From NCBI RefSeq assembly GCF_000015805.1, contig NC_009073.1:1110001-1142000 (forward strand): a stretch of 32,000 nt of DNA, given 5' to 3'. The first letter of the stretch is position 1. Every line of letters begins with the position of its first letter. Both the position numbers and the translations under genes were made by a program. The DNA is from Pyrobaculum calidifontis JCM 11548 (GTDB lineage Archaea; Thermoproteota; Thermoprotei; Thermoproteales; Thermoproteaceae). The notes below the pieces were generated by a model. The model did no database searches. It saw nothing but the letters and a program-made list of their open reading frames with translations, and was not told where the DNA came from. Shown here piece by piece: positions 6,604 through 14,136 of this stretch.

Positions 6604-7487
6604 CGGCTCTTGTGGAAAGGCTTGGCACACTGCACAAGGGGGGTAGGGGTAGCTGGGTGTATCAATCCCCGCGGGTGCTCTTCCTGCTCTTATACGCCGA
6701 GGTCAAGGGGCTGGACCCAGGCGACCTCTTGCGACGCCATTTGGCGTATGTCAAGAGGATCGGGCCCCAGATGGCGTGGCTCGCCGAGCGGCTGAGGTGG
6801 CTTGGCTACGAGACGCGGGGCGGGCGGGAGCCCGACCCCCACAAGTCGATGGAGTACGCCAAGCGCCTAGGCCTAGACCCCGGGGAAGTAGCCGCCACTG
6901 TCGAGGCCTTGCTCAAGGTGCTCAAGGCCAGAGGCCCAGAGGACGCCGCCTATCTGCCACCAGCCCTCGCCCTCCCCGAGAAGGCCCTGCTCCTAGACGC
7001 CGTGGCCCAGTCCCAAGCCTTCAATCTCCGCGGGACGCTCAGCCTGTTGGCCAAGCTGGCGCAGGGCGAGGAGGTGGAGGTGGGCGACCCAGACAGCTTT
7101 AGGAGAGAGCTCCGCTTTAGACACGCCTACCTCTACGCCCTCCACTTAGCCGCGGCGGAGAGGAGGCCCACATGCCTCGGCTACGCCCTGGCCCTCCACC
7201 TCGACATGGGCCACCCCCCACTTCCCACATACATCGGCCTTCTCCGGGCCACGGGCCGGCTGAGATACGTCGTGGCCCTAGAGGCGCTGGCGCTGGGGGT
7301 GGGGACGAGGGAGGACCTCGACGTAATGCTAGACGTCTACGAAAAGTTGCTCAACAAGCGGGGCGTGGCGCTTCCGCCCCGCGAGGAGATCTACACGGCG
7401 TTTGTGGGCATGAGAAGCGACATAGGCGTAGGCATGATCGCTCCTGCAAAGCCCTTAGAAGACTTGTTGATGCTAATAGAAACTTAG
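6600..7487 (+). CDS. Hypothetical helical protein C of the cassette
   Basis: 295 aa, Leu/Ala/Arg-rich, no recognised motif. ATGA overlap with gene B at 6600-6603. Markedly more GC-rich than genes A and B. Confidence 0.6.
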   Translation: MTALVERLGTLHKGGRGSWVYQSPRVLFLLLYAEVKGLDPGDLLRRHLAYVKRIGPQMAWLAERLRWLGYETRGGREPDPHKSMEYAKRLGLDPGEVAATVEALLKVLKARGPEDAAYLPPALALPEKALLLDAVAQSQAFNLRGTLSLLAKLAQGEEVEVGDPDSFRRELRFRHAYLYALHLAAAERRPTCLGYALALHLDMGHPPLPTYIGLLRATGRLRYVVALEALALGVGTREDLDVMLDVYEKLLNKRGVALPPREEIYTAFVGMRSDIGVGMIAPAKPLEDLLMLIET

Positions 7488-7562
7488 ACGCAGACCATAG
7501 CCCTGCAGAAATATGTCACCTTCACGAGAAGTTCATAAATACTAAATTTTATACATGCTGAT

Positions 7563-8120
7563 ATGCGAACTTCCCAAATTAAGAATAAAATACTGGTGGC
7601 ATATGCGCTAGTAAATAGTGCTACTATACTAGCTTATGTGGTAGCTTTTTTATGCCCTTGGTCTCCTTTGAGTTATATTTTACTTTACGGTTGGATTATA
7701 GACAGTTTGCTTGTCATCATATTTCCACTGTTTTTCCGGCGAGTTGCTGCGGTCTTTGCCGCAGTCTCGTTTTTGTCTGCTCTATTCTTACCAATCGTTG
7801 GGTCAATTATTCCGGAGGATGTGCGTAGGGTTTTGCAGGCGGTGCATATCCCACTTGTCTTATATGCTGTTGCCCTTTTCGCCCTTGGCCGTGTTCTTTT
7901 GAGTGTGAGCAAGATTGCTGGGGCTATTTACTATGGTGTCGCCGCCATCATGGGGGTCTTCGCGCTGTTATACACCGTGGATATACATCTTTTCTTCGAA
8001 ATCTACCTATTAAACAGATATACAGGCGTGTTCCTCAACCTTCTATTGGCCGTTGCGTGGTTGATAGTAGCCGTTGAGGTTGTTAGAAAGCTTCGCCATG
8101 GGCATGGCCAGCCCCCGTAG
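7563..8120 (+). CDS. AT-rich orphan integral membrane protein (about 5-6 TM)
   Basis: 185 aa, nearly all hydrophobic helices. ATAAAT at 7535-7540 lies 28 nt upstream of ATG 7563. The local line 7561-7620 is 21/60 GC. Confidence 0.6.
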   Translation: MRTSQIKNKILVAYALVNSATILAYVVAFLCPWSPLSYILLYGWIIDSLLVIIFPLFFRRVAAVFAAVSFLSALFLPIVGSIIPEDVRRVLQAVHIPLVLYAVALFALGRVLLSVSKIAGAIYYGVAAIMGVFALLYTVDIHLFFEIYLLNRYTGVFLNLLLAVAWLIVAVEVVRKLRHGHGQPP

Positions 8121-8204
8121 CCGCCGCTGGGCTTGAACAGCTTCTCGCGGCATTGACAGTGTTCGCTGTCATGATCACAGGCGCCCCTCTTGTCTAGAAA
8201 GAGT

Positions 8205-8210
8205 TTTATA
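8205..8210 (+). promoter_or_regulatory. TATA box of trpB2
   Basis: TTTATA begins exactly 36 nt upstream of GTG 8241. The trpD promoter has the same spacing and downstream context. Confidence 0.5.
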
Positions 8211-8240
8211 TTCGGTGTTTTGTGGGGACATGTCCTCGGG

Positions 8241-9482
8241 GTGGATAGGTGGTACAACATAGCGGCTGACTTGCCGGCGCCTTTGGCGCCTCCCAGGGAC
8301 CCGGACGAGGGGGAGAGCAGGATTGCCCTCTTGACGAGGATTCTCCCATCGGCGCTTATCGACCAGGAGTTCACCGCAGAGAGGTGGGTCGCCATCCCGG
8401 AGGAAGTTAGGGCGGTCTACGCCAGGCTGGGAAGGCCCACTCCCCTCCTCCGTGCCGAGGGTCTGGAGAGGGCCCTTGGGGTCGAGGTGAGGATTTACTA
8501 CAAGTACGAGGGCGTTCTGCCGGTGGGTAGCCATAAGGTCAACACGGCGGTGGCCCAGGCCTACTACGCCAAGGCTGACGGCGCGGTGGAAGTGGCCACG
8601 GAGACTGGGGCGGGGCAGTGGGGCATGGCGGTCTCGCTAGCCGCGGCCCTCTTTGGCCTCAGGGCGGTGGTGTTTATGACTAGGTCTTCTTACAACTCCA
8701 AGCGGCAGAGGCTCGCCTTTATGAGGGCCTACGGCGCCACTGTGTACCCCAGCCCAAGCGACGTCACTGAGGCGGGGAGGAGGCACTACAGGCCGGACCA
8801 CCCCGGCTCCCTTGGCATAGCCATATCGGAAGCTGTGGAGTACGTCCTCTCGGGGGAGAGGAGGCGCTACCTGCCGGGCAGCGTGATGGAGTTCGTCCTC
8901 TTGCACCAGACGGTGATTGGGCTAGAGGCCGTGAGGCAGTTGCCCGAGGAGCCCGACGTCGCCGTGGCCTGCGTGGGTGGGGGGTCCAACTTCGCCGGCT
9001 TTACCTACCCAATGATAGGGGCCAAGCTGAGGGGGGAGGGGTTTGAGAAAACCCGCTTCATAGCCGCAGAGTCCGCCGCCGCCCCCAAGTTGACCAAGGG
9101 AGAGTACAGATACGACTTCCCCGACGCGGTGGGCACCTTGCCCATGATCAAGATGTACACCCTGGGCCACGACTACGTCCCGCCCCCCGTCCACGCCGCG
9201 GGGCTCCGCTACCACGGAGCGGCGCCGAGCCTATCCCTCCTACGCCGCCTCGGCTACATAGAGGCAGTGGCCTACCCCCAGGAGGAGGTTATGCAAGCCG
9301 CCCTACTATTCGCCCGAACAGAGGGCGTAATCCCAGCCCCCGAGTCGGCCCACGCCATAAAAGCCGCAATAGACATAGCCAAGAAGTTGCCCCCAGGCTC
9401 CGTCATCGCCATAAACGTCTCCGGCCACGGCCTCCTAGACGTAGACGCCTACGAAAAATTCCTAGACATAAAACAGCCCTAG
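8241..9482 (+). CDS. trpB: Tryptophan synthase beta chain, TrpB2 type
   Basis: N-terminal WYNIAADLPAPLAPPRDP is typical of TrpB2. The PLP-lysine motif is LPVGSHKVNTAVAQAYYA. The longest ORF starts at TTG 8190, but the TATA at 8205-8210 lies inside it. GTG 8241 (MDRWYN) sits in the same 10-mer TCGGGGTGGA as the trpD start. Confidence 0.9.
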   Translation: MDRWYNIAADLPAPLAPPRDPDEGESRIALLTRILPSALIDQEFTAERWVAIPEEVRAVYARLGRPTPLLRAEGLERALGVEVRIYYKYEGVLPVGSHKVNTAVAQAYYAKADGAVEVATETGAGQWGMAVSLAAALFGLRAVVFMTRSSYNSKRQRLAFMRAYGATVYPSPSDVTEAGRRHYRPDHPGSLGIAISEAVEYVLSGERRRYLPGSVMEFVLLHQTVIGLEAVRQLPEEPDVAVACVGGGSNFAGFTYPMIGAKLRGEGFEKTRFIAAESAAAPKLTKGEYRYDFPDAVGTLPMIKMYTLGHDYVPPPVHAAGLRYHGAAPSLSLLRRLGYIEAVAYPQEEVMQAALLFARTEGVIPAPESAHAIKAAIDIAKKLPPGSVIAINVSGHGLLDVDAYEKFLDIKQP

Positions 9483-9506
9483 AGCGACGGCTCTTAGGCC
9501 CTGAGC

Positions 9507-9791
9507 CTATAGTTGTTTTACCTGCGTCTCTACTTTGGCCGCCTCTACTTCTGGCACTTCTAGGCGGTACTTCACGCCTCCGGCGAAGAACTGGAAGTGG
9601 AGGACGGCTTGTATCCTCTTGCCGCAGAGCTCTAGGGAGAGCTCCGCCCTCCCGCCTCTAGCCGCCTGGGGGCCGTACTGCTTTATCAAGCAGTACATGT
9701 CTATCACGTCGCCGCAGTCTAGGACGGCTACTTGGTATATGGCCGTCCACTGGGCGGGGCCCCTCTTGACTAGTGTGGTCTCAAGTTGCAC
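9507..9791 (-). CDS. Small hypothetical protein (94 aa, 3 Cys)
   Basis: GTG start at 9791. Translation: MQLETTLVKRGPAQWTAIYQVAVLDCGDVIDMYCLIKQYGPQAARGGRAELSLELCGKRIQAVLHFQFFAGGVKYRLEVPEVEAAKVETQVKQL. The composition is more protein-like than the overlapping plus-strand ORF 9535-9795 (Ser/Thr/Pro-rich). Confidence 0.4.
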   Translation of the reverse strand: MQLETTLVKRGPAQWTAIYQVAVLDCGDVIDMYCLIKQYGPQAARGGRAELSLELCGKRIQAVLHFQFFAGGVKYRLEVPEVEAAKVETQVKQL

Positions 9792-9830
9792 ATAGGGGTG
9801 GGGCTTGGGGGTTTATGAAGGTGGTGGAAA

Positions 9831-9840
9831 ATATTTAAAG
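9831..9840. promoter_or_regulatory. Near-palindromic TATA element (ATATTTAAAG) serving trpD and possibly the divergent small ORF
   Basis: TTTAAA at 9834-9839 begins 36 nt upstream of GTG 9870. Confidence 0.5.
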
Positions 9841-9869
9841 GGGGCGTTTGTAGTGCTTATGGCTTCGGG

Positions 9870-10868
9870 GTGGACGTCCAACCTTTGCTGAAGAAGCTGG
9901 GCGAGGGCAAGACTCTAACGGTGGACGAGGCCTATAGGCTTGCCCGGGGCATTCTCCTCGGCGAGTTGGGGGAGGTGGAGGTGGCGGCGGCTTTGACGGC
10001 GATGAGTGTGAGGGGGGAGACGGGGGAGGAGGTGTTGGGGTTTGTGAAAATGGCCAGGGAGGCGGCTGTCAGAGTCCCCCTGGAGGTAGACGCCATTGAC
10101 ACGGCGGGGACTGGGGGCGACGGCGCTGGGACTATAAACTTGTCCACGGCGGCGGCCATAGTCGCCGCGGCGGCTGGGGCCAAGGTTCTTAAGCACGGGA
10201 ACAGATCCGCCTCTGGCCTCTTTGGGAGCGCGGACTTCATGGAGGCTGTGGGGTACAACCTCGACCTCCCGCCCGAAAAGGCGGCTAGGCTCGTGGCGAC
10301 TGTGGGCTTCGCCTTTGTCTTTGCCCCAAAGTACCACCCAGCCTTTGCCAAAGTGGCGCCGGTGAGGAGGAGGCTCCCGTTTAGGACTATATTCAACGTG
10401 GTGGGGCCTTTGGCAAACCCGGGCTGTGTGAAGAGGCAGCTGGTGGGCGTGGCTGAGCCGAGGCTGTTGGAGGTGGTGGGGGAGGCCTTGGCCGGAATGG
10501 GCCACGTCAAGGCGCTCGTGGTGCATGGGGGTGGGGTAGACGAGGTGTCTACGGAGGGTCCGACTACGGTGGTGGAGGTGAGGGGGTTTAAGCTGGAGCG
10601 GTACGTGGTGTCGCCGGGGGACTTCGGGGCGCCTGTCACACCACTGCCCAGGGCTAGGTCTAGGGAGGAGGCGGTGGCCAGGGCCTTGGCTGGGCTGAGG
10701 GGGGAGGATAGAGAGGCGGCGGTGGCCATTGCCGCAAACGCCGGCTTTGCCCTATACGTCGCCGACGTGGTTAAGGACTTTAGAGACGGGTTTGAGCTGG
10801 CGTTGAAGACTATAGAGGAGGGGGCGGCGTATAGAAAGCTGGTGGAGGCGGTGGAGGCGTCGCGATGA
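9870..10868 (+). CDS. trpD: Anthranilate phosphoribosyltransferase
   Basis: DTAGTGGDGAGTINLSTAAAIVAAAAGAKVLKHGNRSASGLFGSADFMEAVG is the classic TrpD core. GTG start. Confidence 0.92.
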   Translation: MDVQPLLKKLGEGKTLTVDEAYRLARGILLGELGEVEVAAALTAMSVRGETGEEVLGFVKMAREAAVRVPLEVDAIDTAGTGGDGAGTINLSTAAAIVAAAAGAKVLKHGNRSASGLFGSADFMEAVGYNLDLPPEKAARLVATVGFAFVFAPKYHPAFAKVAPVRRRLPFRTIFNVVGPLANPGCVKRQLVGVAEPRLLEVVGEALAGMGHVKALVVHGGGVDEVSTEGPTTVVEVRGFKLERYVVSPGDFGAPVTPLPRARSREEAVARALAGLRGEDREAAVAIAANAGFALYVADVVKDFRDGFELALKTIEEGAAYRKLVEAVEASR

Positions 10869-12127
10869 AGATCCCGCTGTCTAAGCTTCCGCCTCCCAGG
10901 GACCTCGCCCACGGCCTCTACCTGGGGGGCGAGGAGTTTGTGGCGCTCCTGGAGTCTGGGCAGGGGTTTGTGGAGAGGTCTAGGTACACGCTGGTGGCTT
11001 GGGGTGTGGAGAGGGAGTACGTGGCCCACGGCGGGGAGCTGTACAACGTATTGGACTCGGCCTACCGGGGCCTTGCGAGGGGGGAGGGCCCCTTCGGCGG
11101 CGAGGTGGCAATAGGCGTGGTGGCCTACGACGCCGCAGCCTACGTGGAGCCGGTGCTGCTTAAGTACGGGAAGGTACGGCGCCCCGTGGCCTTCTTTGTG
11201 AAGCCCAGGGGGTTTGTGCTATACGACAAGGCCCTTGGGAGGGCGTATGTGTATGGCGAAGTGCCGCCGATCCGCGGCGTGGGCGACGGCGGAGAGCTAG
11301 AAGTGAGGGGGCCCGTGGGCCAGACGGACTCTGCGTCTTTTAAGAGGTGGGTGGCGGAGGCCAAGAGGAGGATTGAGGCTGGGGAGGCCTTCCAGGTGGT
11401 GCTCTCCCGCTTTGTGGACTTCGCCGCGCGGGGCGACTTGTTCAAGCTGTACCAGTCGCTGGCGGAGCTCAACCCCTCGCCGTATATGTATTTCCTCAAG
11501 TGGAGAGACGTGGCGGTGTTGGGCACCTCGCCGGAGCTCTTGGTGAAGGTGCAGGGAGACAGGGCCGAGACGCACCCCATCGCCGGCACTAGGCCCAGGG
11601 GGGCCACCGAGGAGGAGGACATAGCCCTGGAGGAAGAGATGCTGAGAGATGAGAAGGAGCTAGCCGAGCACTCCATGTTGGTGGACTTGGCGCGGAACGA
11701 CCTGGGCCGCGTCTGCCGGCCGGGCACCGTGCGCGTGGACGAGCTGTTTGCGGTGGAGAAGTACAGCAGAGTTCAACACATCGTGTCCCGCGTCTCGTGC
11801 GTCGTGGAGAAGAAGTACAGCCCAGTGGACGTCCTACTCGCCGCGCACCCCGCCGGCACAGTCTCGGGGGCGCCGAAGGTGAGGGCCATGGAGATAATAG
11901 CGGAGCTCGAGGAAGAGCCGCGTTGGATATACGCAGGCGCCCTGGGCTTCTTCTCCCCCGCCCTCTCCGAGTTCGCCATCGTCATAAGGTCCGCCGTATT
12001 CCACGAGGGCCTCCTCCGCATTCAGGCAGGCGCCGGGGTGGTATACGACTCGACGCCGGAGCGGGAGTTCAACGAGACTGAGGCCAAGCTCAAGGCGCTG
12101 AGGGAGGCGCTGGGGCTATGGACCTGA
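10865..12127 (+). CDS. trpE: Anthranilate synthase component I
   Basis: ATGA overlap with trpD. Chorismate-binding domain motifs SPELLVKV, THPIAGTRPRG, LVDLARNDLGRV, GAPKVRAMEII and YAGALGFF. Confidence 0.92.
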   Translation: MKIPLSKLPPPRDLAHGLYLGGEEFVALLESGQGFVERSRYTLVAWGVEREYVAHGGELYNVLDSAYRGLARGEGPFGGEVAIGVVAYDAAAYVEPVLLKYGKVRRPVAFFVKPRGFVLYDKALGRAYVYGEVPPIRGVGDGGELEVRGPVGQTDSASFKRWVAEAKRRIEAGEAFQVVLSRFVDFAARGDLFKLYQSLAELNPSPYMYFLKWRDVAVLGTSPELLVKVQGDRAETHPIAGTRPRGATEEEDIALEEEMLRDEKELAEHSMLVDLARNDLGRVCRPGTVRVDELFAVEKYSRVQHIVSRVSCVVEKKYSPVDVLLAAHPAGTVSGAPKVRAMEIIAELEEEPRWIYAGALGFFSPALSEFAIVIRSAVFHEGLLRIQAGAGVVYDSTPEREFNETEAKLKALREALGLWT

Positions 12128-12696
12128 CGCTAATAGTAGACAACTACGATAGCTTCGTCTACAACATAGCCCACTACGTGGCAGAGCTCGGTAGCAGGCC
12201 CCTAGTCCTCCGCAACGACGAGGTGACGGTGAAGATGGTAGAGAGGATTAGGCCAGACCGCATAATCATCTCGCCGGGGCCGGGCCACCCCGCGGACCCA
12301 AGAGACGTGGGCAACTCCCCCGACATAGTCAGAGAGTTCGCCCCCAGAGTCCCCCTGCTGGGGGTCTGCCTCGGCCACCAGATAATTGGCCACGTCTTCG
12401 GCGCCTCGATTAGGAGGGCGAGGACCATAAAGCATGGGAAGACTAGCCAGATAAGGCACAGCGGGGGCCCCCTCTACCTGGGAGTCCCTGAGGTGTTCAC
12501 AGCCATGAGGTACCACAGCCTAGTGGTGGACAACCTCCCCGACGTCTTGGCCGTGGAGGCAGTCTCCCTTGACGACGGCGAAATCATGGGAATCCGCCAC
12601 GTGGAGTATCCCACATACGGCGTCCAATTCCACCCAGAGTCGGTGGGAACCCCCCTCGGCAAGAGGATAATAAAGAACTTCTTAGACCTCGTATGA
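12118..12696 (+). CDS. trpG: Anthranilate synthase component II (glutamine amidotransferase)
   Basis: 10-nt overlap with trpE. Class I GATase triad context: GVCLGHQ, then FHPES near the C-terminus. Confidence 0.92.
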   Translation: MDLTLIVDNYDSFVYNIAHYVAELGSRPLVLRNDEVTVKMVERIRPDRIIISPGPGHPADPRDVGNSPDIVREFAPRVPLLGVCLGHQIIGHVFGASIRRARTIKHGKTSQIRHSGGPLYLGVPEVFTAMRYHSLVVDNLPDVLAVEAVSLDDGEIMGIRHVEYPTYGVQFHPESVGTPLGKRIIKNFLDLV

Positions 12697-12712
12697 GGTT
12701 AAAAATTGGTGC

Positions 12713-13435
12713 ATGTCCGGGCACATGATTAAGCGACCCGCCCTAGGCGTGTACATTGTGGCTGGTTGGCCCAGCGCCGAGGTATACAGGGAGGCCGTGG
12801 CCAGACTCTCCGGCCTCGTGGACTTCTTCGAGCTGGGCGTCCCCACGAAGAATCCCAAGTACGACGGGCCCTACATCCGCGCGGCTCATAGAGAAGTCGC
12901 AGCGCCGGTTTGGGACAAGCCTGCGGCGCCGACTTACTTGATGGCGTATTGGGAGGACTACGCGGCGCGGCCCGCGGAGTTGTTCAACCTGGCGGCCGAG
13001 GTCGGCGCGCGGGGGGTCCTGGCGCCGGACCTCCTCGTGGACTACCCGGGGGACTTGGAGCAGTACTTGGCCTTGTCCAAGGAGTTTGGCCTAGCCCCCG
13101 TCTTCTTCCTCCCCTCGAAGTTCCCGCACAGCCTCGCCAGGCGGATCGCAGCGGCGGGGCCGGACTTCATATACCTCGGACTCTACGCGGCCACGGGGAT
13201 AGAGCTCCCCGTCTACGTGGAGCGCAACATCTCCATCGTCAAGGGGCTGGCGCCTGAGGTCCCCCTCGTGGCTGGCTTTGCAATAGACAGGCCGGAGAAG
13301 GCTGTCAAGGCGGTGAAGGCGGGGGCAGACGGCGTCGTGGTTGGCACGGCGTTTATGAGGAGGCTGAAAAGCTCCGTGGAGGAGGGGCTCCGCTTCCTGT
13401 GGGAGATTAAGCAGGCGCTTGTTGGGCTACGATAG
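12713..13435 (+). CDS. trpA: Tryptophan synthase alpha chain
   Basis: FFELGVPTKNPKYDGPYIRAAH supplies the catalytic Glu and Asp context. The C-terminal pattern GADGVVVGTAF is also present. Confidence 0.85.
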   Translation: MSGHMIKRPALGVYIVAGWPSAEVYREAVARLSGLVDFFELGVPTKNPKYDGPYIRAAHREVAAPVWDKPAAPTYLMAYWEDYAARPAELFNLAAEVGARGVLAPDLLVDYPGDLEQYLALSKEFGLAPVFFLPSKFPHSLARRIAAAGPDFIYLGLYAATGIELPVYVERNISIVKGLAPEVPLVAGFAIDRPEKAVKAVKAGADGVVVGTAFMRRLKSSVEEGLRFLWEIKQALVGLR

Positions 13436-14084
13436 CCTTCACGTACCGCCGGGCCCCGTATATCAACACCGCCTCCAGGGGGATTTGGGCCCACTTCACC
13501 AAGATCTGCCCCGTTATTACCGAGGCCTCGGGGCCAAAGGCGAGGGATATGAACACCAAGCTGTCCACCACCTGGGCCACGAGGGAGGAGGAGTAGACTC
13601 TGGCCAAGATGTGTAGCCGGGGCCACTTGGTGACAATGTACACGTCCACGGTCGAGGAGATGAGGTAGGCCGTGAGCGAGGCCGCGGCTATCCTCGCCGA
13701 CGGCGCCAAGACGCTGTCTACCACGGCCGCCCTCTCGGCGAACCAGGCGGGAGGCGGGAGGGTGGAGGCCGCCCAGGCGGCGAAGGCCACCGCGGCTTGG
13801 AAGAAGAAGCCGAGCCTCACGGCCCTCAATGCGAAGCTCCTCCCGTAGAAGACCGCCATGGCGTCTAACACGGCCACGTTGGTCATGAAGATGACTGTGC
13901 CCGCCGGGGCAACGCCTATTCCATAGTCCACCAGCTTGTTGGCTATAAACTGCGCCGCGGAGAGAGTGCCGAAGAACAGCCCCACAAGCACCAAGTCCGC
14001 CCTGTCCCTCCACAGGCGGATTAAAAAGAGGTATATTGCGTATATGACGAGGCCGTAGGCCCACGCCACCGCCAAGGCGAGCAT
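13407..14084 (-). CDS. yhhQ: VUT/YhhQ-family transporter (queuosine/archaeosine-precursor type)
   Basis: Taken from ORF 13407-14270, with the start moved to ATG 14084 (MLALAVAWAYG...), about 26 nt downstream of a TATA. SLTAYLISSTVDVYIV and SSLVAQVVDSLVFISLAF align well with the E. coli YhhQ motifs SFMAYALGQILDVHVF and GNVSDTLAFFFIAF, recalled from memory. The 3' end overlaps trpA by 29 nt. Confidence 0.7.
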   Translation of the reverse strand: MLALAVAWAYGLVIYAIYLFLIRLWRDRADLVLVGLFFGTLSAAQFIANKLVDYGIGVAPAGTVIFMTNVAVLDAMAVFYGRSFALRAVRLGFFFQAAVAFAAWAASTLPPPAWFAERAAVVDSVLAPSARIAAASLTAYLISSTVDVYIVTKWPRLHILARVYSSSLVAQVVDSLVFISLAFGPEASVITGQILVKWAQIPLEAVLIYGARRYVKAIVAQQAPA

Positions 14085-14106
14085 GGGGGCTTGAGACGTC
14101 AACTTT

Positions 14107-14119
14107 AAAAATATAAAGC
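14107..14119. promoter_or_regulatory. Shared bidirectional TATA region between yhhQ-like and trpC
   Basis: AAAAATATAAAGC. TATAAA at 14112-14117 begins 25 nt upstream of the trpC ATG at 14137. The reverse reading CTTTATATTTTTA lies about 26 nt upstream of ATG 14084. Confidence 0.5.
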
Positions 14120-14136
14120 AGGCGTAGAGCATAGAC

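Larger units (their letters stand above)
4147..8200. other. Compositionally heterogeneous non-Trp insert between trpF and trpB2
   Basis: Hand GC counts on printed lines: 4261-4320 = 28/60, 6841-6900 = 38/60, 7561-7620 = 21/60. For comparison, 22021-22080 in glcD = 44/60. The gene content is unrelated to the flanking trp genes. Confidence 0.5.

Noticed and set aside
9932-11029. 365-aa minus-strand ORF antisense to trpD/trpE
   Set aside because: Ser/Thr/Ala/Pro-rich low-complexity translation opposite two unambiguous trp genes; a high-GC antisense artefact. The same reasoning applies to 9915-10526(-), 11140-11727(-), 21892-22342(-) and 29819-30268(-).
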